NCBI GenBank assembly: GCA_965249275.1
Contig: CBDFLQ010000006.1
Coordinates: forward strand, 192,001-256,000
DNA: 64,000 nucleotides
From: Dehalococcoidia bacterium
Lineage (GTDB): Bacteria > Chloroflexota > Dehalococcoidia > Plut-88900
Direction of reading: 5' to 3'
Made by a program: the position numbers and the translations under genes. Position 1 is the first letter of the stretch; the number at the start of each line of letters is the position of its first letter. A model generated the notes under the pieces. It was not told the origin of the DNA and made no database searches. It saw only the letters and a program-made list of their open reading frames with translations. Of the stretch, positions 29,921 to 38,496 are shown piece by piece.

Positions 29921-30175
29921 GGCGAAAATCCCAAGAAGTCTTCGTACCGTGGCCCAGTAAGAGCCCACCCCCCACCCCCCCCAACCCCCTTAACCCTGTC
30001 ATTCCGGTCGCCGAGAGCCGGAATCCATCCCCAAGGGCGGGGCCGTTCACCCTGAGCCCCGTCGAAGGATCGAGCGGGATGTGGTGGCCCTGCACTGCCA
30101 ATCCGTCGCGTACTATCGCCCCCACCCACTTACCTCTCATCCATCCAACAATTCCCTCCCCTCCCCCTTGGTAAC

Positions 30176-30248
30176 GACATATCAGCCATGTTGCAAAGCA
30201 ACATGGCTGATATGTCAATGAAACAGGGCGGGTGGGTGGGAACCAATT
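30176..30248 (+). repeat. 19-bp hairpin plus G-quadruplex-motif module, copy 2
   Basis: Perfect 19-bp stem (30176-30216) followed by AATGAAACA-GGGCGGGTGGGTGGG-AACC. Confidence 0.75.
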
Positions 30249-30364
30249 AAACGGGGTTGGGAGGGGCCCTACCCCCTCTCCCTCTGATATGAGAGGGTTG
30301 GGGCCGTAGGCTCGCTGAGGAGAGTGAGGGTGATTCCCCTCCTGGTAGGTGCGCCACCACCCCC

Positions 30365-30394
30365 TTGACCAAATCAAAACATTCGTGCTATATT
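30365..30394 (+). promoter_or_regulatory. sigma70-type promoter with overlapping LexA-box-like site
   Basis: TTGACC-N18-TATATT with an extended TG; the spacer contains AAAAC-ATTC-GTGCT, resembling AGAAC-N4-GTTCT. Confidence 0.55.
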
Positions 30395-30452
30395 ACATCC
30401 CAGGCTTCGGCCACGTATGTCGAGCCTAATCAGGAAAGGATCAAGGAGTCCC

Positions 30453-31103
30453 ATGAGTCGCAACAGCCTAACCAGCACACGTCGTAACCGAGCGGTATGG
30501 GACCGCCCGGCAACCGGCACGCGCCTCCTCCTTAGGCCCCAACCCTACCCCGTGTCCCTCGGCAACACCATGAATCCACTGAGGATGACCCTAATAGCCA
30601 GCGCTCCCTCTCGGCCACCTTTCCCGCAGCGACAACTCGCCGCGGATGCCTGCGGGCTCCTCCCGCAGATGATTTCCCTCGGCTACCCTGGCCACCGTGC
30701 TAGCGGCTTCGCCGCGGATGCCCGCTTTCCCTCGCCGCGGATGATAACCCACGGCTCACACCCCCAGCGAGCTTGCCCCACGACCGTGGATGCCTGCGGC
30801 ATTGCGCCGCGGATGATTTCCCGCTCCGCCCTCATCGGCGTAGAAGCGGATGCCTGCGGCATTGCGCCGCGGATGATCTCCCGCTTCTCCCTCCTTGGCG
30901 TAGAAGCGGATGCCTGCGGCATTGCGCCGCGGATGATCTCCCACGTCCCGTCCCAGGCCGCAGAGGGAGCGCTGGCAACCCTCATCCTCACCTTGTCCCA
31001 GTCCCTTTCCCTCTGTCCATCTTCCTCCCGTAGGGGCGACTGGCCGGTCGCCCTGGGGACAGGAATCCCCACCCCCCTCCACCCACGAAAGGAGGCTGTC
31101 TAA
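30453..31103 (+). CDS. hypothetical repeat-containing ORF (ADACGIAPRMIS-like x5); coding status uncertain
   Basis: AAGGAG RBS; repeat periods of 72 and 60 nt keep the frame. There is no recognisable domain and the 3' part runs through REP-like DNA. Confidence 0.4.
   Translation: MSRNSLTSTRRNRAVWDRPATGTRLLLRPQPYPVSLGNTMNPLRMTLIASAPSRPPFPQRQLAADACGLLPQMISLGYPGHRASGFAADARFPSPRMITHGSHPQRACPTTVDACGIAPRMISRSALIGVEADACGIAPRMISRFSLLGVEADACGIAPRMISHVPSQAAEGALATLILTLSQSLSLCPSSSRRGDWPVALGTGIPTPLHPRKEAV
30624..30940. repeat. tandem array of ten hairpins with fixed ATGC / ATGATHWC linkers
   Basis: Five units starting 30642, 30714, 30786, 30846 and 30906, consensus GCGGATGCCTGCGGCATTGCGCCGCGGATGAT; the stems covary. 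Confidence 0.85.
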
Positions 31104-31272
31104 CCTCCCACACTCCACAACCGAATATGAAACATCCGCCTTTGGCGGAGCCGCTTCAACAGGGCCAAAAACTTCACAACCTGGATGCGGGGGCGGTCCC
31201 CCACCCCTCACATAAGAGAAAAGCGCCGACCCAATCGCCAGCGCTTTCCCTGCTCAAAGCGGAATATGCAGG

Positions 31273-32307
31273 TCAATTCCTGAAGTAAGGCATCACCTTC
31301 TCGGATATCTCCCTCATCATCCCCTTCTTGTCGATAATCGAGAACAGTACCGTGGAAACGTTGTCTATCCCGAGCGGCTGCAGCTTCTCGATCTGCTCCC
31401 CGATATCATCCGGAGTCCCCGACAACATGAATGTGTCGATCACTCGCGGCGACACAACCAGGGAGTGCGGTGCGTCCGTCAATTCGTGCTGGTACGGATC
31501 GAAGGCGTCATATACCGCTTTGATCTCCTCAACTATGCCCGGTTGCACCTCTTCCATCCGGTTCCGCAGGTCCTCGACCTCCGGGGTCTGTCGTCTCAAC
31601 AGCGACCTGTACATCTCACACGCACACGTTGCCGCATAGGAAGCCACTTCCCTCCGAGCCGCTTCCTTGGAAGGCGCAACGTAGATCATAGTACGCGCCC
31701 ATTTATCTATGTCGTCCAGCGACCTCCCCGCCTTCTCCGCCCCCTTCTCCATTACCTCCAGGCTCCACTTCAAGATCGTCGGATTCACGCCTATCAGGAT
31801 CGCTCCCTCCGCCAACTCCCCAGTCATCCGCAAAGACTTTGGCCCGACTGTTGCCATGTACACGGGAATCTGCCTGCGGCTCCACTCCGAGTGCATCATC
31901 GCACCGTCGTACTCCACTTCCTTGCCCGCCGTGTACCCCTTGAAGAACTCGATTACATTCCGAAATTCGTCCATCGACCGCGCCTTCATCCCCATCGTCA
32001 TCACCGAGCTAAACCCCGCCCCGATCCCGAGAAATGCCCTTCCACCTGACAGTTCATTCACTGTCGCCGTGCCATTCGCCGTCACTGATGGATGCCGCGT
32101 GAACGGGTTTGTCACCCCATGCCCGATGTGAATCCGGTGCGTGTTTACTGCCGCCACAGTCATCATTGAATATACTTCCCGGCACAGGTTCTGCGAATCG
32201 ATAAGGGTCATTTGCTTGAATCCGCAGTCCTCCGCAACCTGGGCGTGAGTAGCAACCTCATCAAGCCTCAGGTTCCGCCCCATGCCGACACTGAAATCGA
32301 ATTTCAT
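31273..32307 (-). CDS. LLM class flavin-dependent oxidoreductase (Mer-like)
   Basis: DSQ, GVTNPFTRHP, ELSGGRAFLGIGAG, GPKSL. Confidence 0.9.
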   Translation of the reverse strand: MKFDFSVGMGRNLRLDEVATHAQVAEDCGFKQMTLIDSQNLCREVYSMMTVAAVNTHRIHIGHGVTNPFTRHPSVTANGTATVNELSGGRAFLGIGAGFSSVMTMGMKARSMDEFRNVIEFFKGYTAGKEVEYDGAMMHSEWSRRQIPVYMATVGPKSLRMTGELAEGAILIGVNPTILKWSLEVMEKGAEKAGRSLDDIDKWARTMIYVAPSKEAARREVASYAATCACEMYRSLLRRQTPEVEDLRNRMEEVQPGIVEEIKAVYDAFDPYQHELTDAPHSLVVSPRVIDTFMLSGTPDDIGEQIEKLQPLGIDNVSTVLFSIIDKKGMMREISEKVMPYFRN

Positions 32308-32540
32308 ATATTATTTCCTCTCTTTCATGACCCTTTCCTAAGGGCGGCATTACCCTATCAACCACCCTAATCCTGTGTCAACGCCATGCTCCTTTAATAC
32401 TGTCATTCCGAGGCTCCGAGAGGAATCTCAAGCGTATGCCTACATCTCAGCTCCTATTGTTCGACTCACCGCCCTTGAACCAATATCCCCAGACGAGTAC
32501 GATTGACCTCATACCCACCGACTACTAGGAGAACCCCCCA

Positions 32541-33518
32541 ATGGCCGTACCACCCCAAGGCGAACTCCACAGACCTCTACTGGAAATATCTGCAGAGGCC
32601 AAGGAAGCCCTGTCGGCGAAGCAATTCCTCAACGAAATAGTCGTACGATTTTCGTTGACACCGGAAGACCTGAGCGAAATGATTCCATCAAGCTATCAGT
32701 CTCGGATTTTGAACAGGGTGGTTTGGGGGCTTTATGAGTTAGCCAAGGCCGGATTACTTGAAAGACCCTCTAGTGGGCGTTATCAAATAACCACTACAGG
32801 CCAGGACTATCTCAAGAAACATAGTGGCAAAATCACGACTTCCCAACTGAAGAAACTAGTAACCCAACATATGCACGAAGACTCTAGCTCTCCACTAACA
32901 ATGCCTCCCAACCTCACCGCCACGGCCAGCACCCCGAACGATGACGACACTTCTCCCCAAGACAAAATCGACGCTGGATACCGCGAACTACGGGATAAGC
33001 TAGTCGACGATCTGCTGGACAGCATCTCCCAAATGTCCCCTGAAAGCTTCGAACGGCTGGTTGTGGACTTACTGCAAAAGATGGGTTACGGCAAAGGCCA
33101 GGTCGTGGGCAAAAGTGGTGACCGCGGTATAGATGGCATCATCAACCAAGATGCTCTGGGATTGGAAAAAGTCTACATACAGGCCAAGCGATGGAAAGGA
33201 CAAGTCAGTGAACCGGAAATTCGCAACTTCTCCGGCAGCTTAGACTTCCAGGGAGCCAGCAAGGGCGTCTTTGTTACTACTTCTCGATTCTCTGCAAAGG
33301 CTCGTGATACCGCTAAACAAAGCAAGTTAACCATCCGCCTCATAGACGGCCCGGAGTTGGCAAAGCTGATGATGGACTTCGAGGTAGGCGTAGTCACCCA
33401 ATATGCTTACAAAATCCAAGAACTCGACCAAAACTACTTCATAGATGCGGACCCTGATTTCTTAGATAGGGAAAGTCACTACATGGATATGTACAGTGAC
33501 TCATTCCAACCTCGCTGA
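32541..33518 (+). CDS. mrr: Mrr-family (type IV) restriction endonuclease
   Basis: N-terminal winged helix (NRVVW...KAGLL), FERLVVDLL, DRGIDG, IQAKRW, KGVFVTTS, LIDG; visibly lower GC than the flanks. Confidence 0.92.
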   Translation: MAVPPQGELHRPLLEISAEAKEALSAKQFLNEIVVRFSLTPEDLSEMIPSSYQSRILNRVVWGLYELAKAGLLERPSSGRYQITTTGQDYLKKHSGKITTSQLKKLVTQHMHEDSSSPLTMPPNLTATASTPNDDDTSPQDKIDAGYRELRDKLVDDLLDSISQMSPESFERLVVDLLQKMGYGKGQVVGKSGDRGIDGIINQDALGLEKVYIQAKRWKGQVSEPEIRNFSGSLDFQGASKGVFVTTSRFSAKARDTAKQSKLTIRLIDGPELAKLMMDFEVGVVTQYAYKIQELDQNYFIDADPDFLDRESHYMDMYSDSFQPR

Positions 33519-33613
33519 GTGTTTACAGTAATGGAACACAATCCCGAAGAGACATGGTAAGCCTCCCCCTCTGATATACTCCCCCCAACCCCCACCCCAA
33601 CGGACATCACACC

Positions 33614-34768
33614 ATGAAATTCGGATACTTCGACACCCGGGTTGACCCCGGCGGCGACCGCCACTATCACCAACTCCTCGACGACCTTCGAGAGGAAGTC
33701 GTCCTCTGCGAACAGGCCGGTTTCCACTCCGCCTGGGTCGGCGAGCACCACATGGGCCCCGAGGGTATGGACCAGCTTCCCAACCCCGTCCTGATGTGCG
33801 CCGACCTCGCCTGCCGCACCAGCCGAATCCGACTCGGCCAGGGCGCCAACCTCTTGCCCTATTGGCACCCCATCCGCCTCGCCGAGGACATCGCCATGCT
33901 GGACCAGATGACCAAAGGCCGCATCGACGTGGCCATTGGCCGAGGTGTCCGTTCCCGGGAGGGCTCCGTCTTCCACCCCAAGTCCGACCCCGCCAACCCC
34001 GAGGCCAACCGCGAGCTCTTCGAAGAGACCATCGATGTCCTCATTAACTCTTGGACCAACGAGTTCTTCTCTCATAAGGGTCCCAACTACACCTTCCCCG
34101 CACCGGGCATCCACTGGAACCACCCCCTGAGCCCTCCAGACCCCCGGTGGTCCGAAGGTGATCTCGTCACGAAGTTGCAAATGCTTCCCAAGCCCTACCA
34201 GAAGCCCCACCCGCCCCTCTGGCAAGTCACCGACAGCGATCGCTCCATAGCCTTCGCCGCCGAGAGAGGCATGAAGGTCATCAACTGGCAGCCTACACCG
34301 GCGCTACTCACGAAGAAGTTCCAGCTTTACGCCGAGACCCGTTCCCGCGCCGAAGGCCGCACCTTCGCCTCAGGAGAGGGTATGGCGCTCATGCGAACAA
34401 CTTACATAGCCCCCACAATGGAGGAGGCCCGCAGAGACGCCGAGGCCGGGATGTTGATGACCTTCCGCTGGACCCAGAACCGCCGACCCCTCATCAACTT
34501 CATGAATCCCGGCGAAGAAGTCCGCCCCGACATGGCACTGGACTGGGACCTGCTGTTTGGAAGAAACCTGCTGATCGGCACCCCGGAATACGTCGTCGAA
34601 AAGCTGGAAGAGCTTCAGGAGACCATCGGGCTGCAGGAGCTTATGACTTACATGGCCATGCCCTACATAGCCCATTCCAAGGTCATGCGCAGCATCGATC
34701 TCTTCGCCGACAAGGTCATGCCCCACTTCCAAAAGGCAGCAGCCCCCCAACCCATCCACGCCTCGTAA
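33614..34768 (+). CDS. LLM class flavin-dependent monooxygenase
   Basis: WVGEHH, HPIRLAEDIAMLD, PKPYQKPHPP. Confidence 0.92.
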   Translation: MKFGYFDTRVDPGGDRHYHQLLDDLREEVVLCEQAGFHSAWVGEHHMGPEGMDQLPNPVLMCADLACRTSRIRLGQGANLLPYWHPIRLAEDIAMLDQMTKGRIDVAIGRGVRSREGSVFHPKSDPANPEANRELFEETIDVLINSWTNEFFSHKGPNYTFPAPGIHWNHPLSPPDPRWSEGDLVTKLQMLPKPYQKPHPPLWQVTDSDRSIAFAAERGMKVINWQPTPALLTKKFQLYAETRSRAEGRTFASGEGMALMRTTYIAPTMEEARRDAEAGMLMTFRWTQNRRPLINFMNPGEEVRPDMALDWDLLFGRNLLIGTPEYVVEKLEELQETIGLQELMTYMAMPYIAHSKVMRSIDLFADKVMPHFQKAAAPQPIHAS

Positions 34769-34987
34769 CCTTCCCTCCACTAATGCCCTGCTATGCGACT
34801 TTTGCATTACCCTTCTCAAGGGGCAAAGGGGAAGATCATATCCCCTCTCCGTCGATGGGTCGAAGATGCGCCGAGGCGTAAGAGGGGCTAGGGTGAGGGT
34901 GATCCCAGTATTTCACTGAACATCGTAAGCTGCTAAATAGCCTGGTGTTCACGCATTCCCATTACCACCACCCCCAAGGAGACCCGA

Positions 34988-35920
34988 TTGAAAATCTTCG
35001 TTTCCGGCTCCCTCGCCTACGACCGTATCATGGACTTCTCGGGCCGCTTCTCCGATCACATCATGCCCGACAAGCTCCACATGATTAACATCAGCTTCGC
35101 CGTCAACGGCATAGTAGAAAGGCCGGGTGGCACCGCTGGGAACATCGCCTACGCTCTCCGGCTACTGGGTGAAGACCCGACAATCGTCGCCGCCATCGGC
35201 CGTGACTGCAAGGGTTACTTTCAATGGCTGGACGACAAGGGCATCGACCGCAGTGCCGTCCACGTCGTCGAGGAAGAAGCCACCGCCTGCGCCCACATCA
35301 TCACCGACATGGCCGACAACCAGATCACCGCCTTCAACCCCGGCGCCATGAAACACCCCTCCCCCTTCCCCTCCGAGGCCATAGATCCCGCCCACAGTAT
35401 TGCCATCATTGGCCCAGGCAACCTGGACGACATGGTCGATCTTCCTCAAAGGTTCCGTGACCAGGGCGTCCGGTTCATCTTCGACCCCGGCCAGTCCCTC
35501 CCCATTTGGGACCCTAAACCCTTGGCCCGAGCCATTGAAGGTTCCCATATCTTGATCTCTAATGACTATGAGCTGGCCCTAATCAAGGAGAAAACCGGAT
35601 TAACAGACGATGCCTTGCTCCGCCTCACCAACACCATAATCACCACCAAGGGTGGGCAGGGCTCTGTAATAGTGACCGATGAGGGCGAGACATCGGTCCC
35701 CGCCATCCCCCGCCCCGACACCCTCGTAGACCCCACCGGTGCCGGTGATGCCTACCGAGGTGGACTCATCAAAGGCCTGGTAACCGGACAGTCTCTCGAA
35801 CAATCCTGCCGGTTAGGTACCACTTGCGCCTCCTTCGCCATAGAGGTGCAAGGTACTCAGGAGTACTCCTTCACCCCTGTAGAGTTTGACAAACGCTTCG
35901 CGGAGTACTTACCCCGCTAG
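34988..35920 (+). CDS. PfkB-family kinase (adenosine kinase-like)
   Basis: SGSLAYD, GGTAGNIAY, FDPGQ, NDYE, DPTGAGDAYRGG. Confidence 0.9.
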   Translation: MKIFVSGSLAYDRIMDFSGRFSDHIMPDKLHMINISFAVNGIVERPGGTAGNIAYALRLLGEDPTIVAAIGRDCKGYFQWLDDKGIDRSAVHVVEEEATACAHIITDMADNQITAFNPGAMKHPSPFPSEAIDPAHSIAIIGPGNLDDMVDLPQRFRDQGVRFIFDPGQSLPIWDPKPLARAIEGSHILISNDYELALIKEKTGLTDDALLRLTNTIITTKGGQGSVIVTDEGETSVPAIPRPDTLVDPTGAGDAYRGGLIKGLVTGQSLEQSCRLGTTCASFAIEVQGTQEYSFTPVEFDKRFAEYLPR

Positions 35921-36102
35921 GATCAATGTTCTTCCTAGCCCTCCACCATTTTCCGTGCCATTCCGAGGCTCCGCGAGGAATCTAGGGCGCGTCTACTCAG
36001 CCTTCGTATTTAATAAGACTATCGCGCCTCTCCGTCCCCAAGCCTTGCGGTGCCTAGTCCGCAAGCTGAGCACGGGAAGCTATCCACAAAAGGGACCTTG
36101 AG

Positions 36103-37089
<987 letters not shown>

Positions 37090-37208
37090 TTAAGAGCGCG
37101 GTCATACTGGGTCCTTGATTAAACCCTTGCCCCAGTCCTCTGGCCGACACTCAGTCAAGCCTAGCCGGGAATTTATTTACCGTTTTGTATAGGGAGCTTG
37201 GCCTTTGC

Positions 37209-38411
37209 CTAGGCGTATACCAGCTTCTCCCACTTAGCATCCAGATCGGGATCGTTAACCGTAGACACCAGGTACTCCCCGAACTCCTTGCCCGTGGCCC
37301 CCGTGTCCCGGCCAGTCATCACAAGCCTGCGTTCGTACTGGCCGCAAACGTCCAGCGCCTTGGTGAGTTTCTGACCGAGTTCCTGGTACCCGATGTGCTC
37401 CATCAGCATCGCCCCTGCCCGGATCATCGAGCTCGGGTCAGCGTACTTCGCCCGGCCTGTTTTCACCATCCTCGGCGCGCTCCCGTGGATCGCCTCGAAC
37501 ATCGCGTACTCATCCCCAACGTTCGCACTCCCCGCCGTCCCGACTCCTCCCTGCATCTCCGCCGCCTCGTCCGTCAGGATGTCACCGTAAAGGTTCGGCA
37601 GCACGAGGACCTGGAAGCTCTTGCGTCGTTTCGGGTCGATCAGCTTGGCCGTCATGATGTCGATGTACCAGCCCTCCCAATCGATGTCCGGATAGTCTGC
37701 TGCGACCTCTCGGGCCATGTCCAGGAATTTGCCGTCCGTCGTCTTCACGACGTTGGCCTTGGTTACGACAGTAACGCTGTTCTTACCGTTATCCTTCGCG
37801 TACCTGAACGCCTTATCTATAATGCGCCGGGACCCGGGGCTGGTGATCACCTTGAAGTCAACCGCCAGGTCGTCGGTTACGTTCACCCCTTGCGTCCCCA
37901 CCGCGTACATGTCCTCCGTGTTTTCCCGGAAGAAAGTCCAGTCGATGCCCTCCTTGGGAATGCGCACGGGCCTGATGTTGGCGTACAGGTCCAGCTCCTT
38001 CCTCATCCCCACGTTGCAGCTCTCGATGTTGGGCCACTCGTCGCCCTTTTCAGGGGTGGTGGTGGGTCCTTTGAGCGTGACGTGGCACTCCTTGATCGCC
38101 GCCAGCACGTCATCGGGTATTGCCTTTAGGTGCGCCGCCCTATTCTCGATCGTCAGTCCTTCAAGTACCCGGAACTCCACCTTGCCCGCAGCAACCGCAT
38201 CGGCCAGCAGTGTTTCTAGGACACGCTCGGCTTCTTCAGCTATGAATGGCCCGATCCCGTCGCCTCCCAATATCCCGATTACTACCTTGTCCAGCTTCGT
38301 ATAGTCCGTCACAACGGATTGTTTCTTTATTCGCTCTATTCGAGCAAGTTGCTCCTCCAGCATCACCGCGAATTGCACCTGCGCCTTCGCTATGGCATCT
38401 GAGTTCGTCAA
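37209..38411 (-). CDS. icd: isocitrate/isopropylmalate dehydrogenase family, probably isocitrate dehydrogenase
   Basis: GDGIGP, FRENTED, KANVVK, NLYGDILTD, EAIHGSAP; adjacent to mdh. Confidence 0.78.
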   Translation of the reverse strand: MTNSDAIAKAQVQFAVMLEEQLARIERIKKQSVVTDYTKLDKVVIGILGGDGIGPFIAEEAERVLETLLADAVAAGKVEFRVLEGLTIENRAAHLKAIPDDVLAAIKECHVTLKGPTTTPEKGDEWPNIESCNVGMRKELDLYANIRPVRIPKEGIDWTFFRENTEDMYAVGTQGVNVTDDLAVDFKVITSPGSRRIIDKAFRYAKDNGKNSVTVVTKANVVKTTDGKFLDMAREVAADYPDIDWEGWYIDIMTAKLIDPKRRKSFQVLVLPNLYGDILTDEAAEMQGGVGTAGSANVGDEYAMFEAIHGSAPRMVKTGRAKYADPSSMIRAGAMLMEHIGYQELGQKLTKALDVCGQYERRLVMTGRDTGATGKEFGEYLVSTVNDPDLDAKWEKLVYA

Positions 38412-38496
38412 AATCTTCTCCCCTTCTTCTATTGGGTGGCCCCTTCTGATTTCAGTTACCGAATTGGTAGTGTTTTCCCTGCTCTCCGTCCTGGAT

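Noticed and set aside
30624-30940. CRISPR array
   Set aside because: There are no cas genes, the spacer lengths differ (periods of 72 versus 60), the last two spacers are related to each other, and the spacers pair with the repeats.
30624-30940. Known riboswitch or hammerhead ribozyme (GATGA motif)
   Set aside because: There is no CUGAUGA/GAAA core and no consensus I recognise; an Rfam search is still needed.
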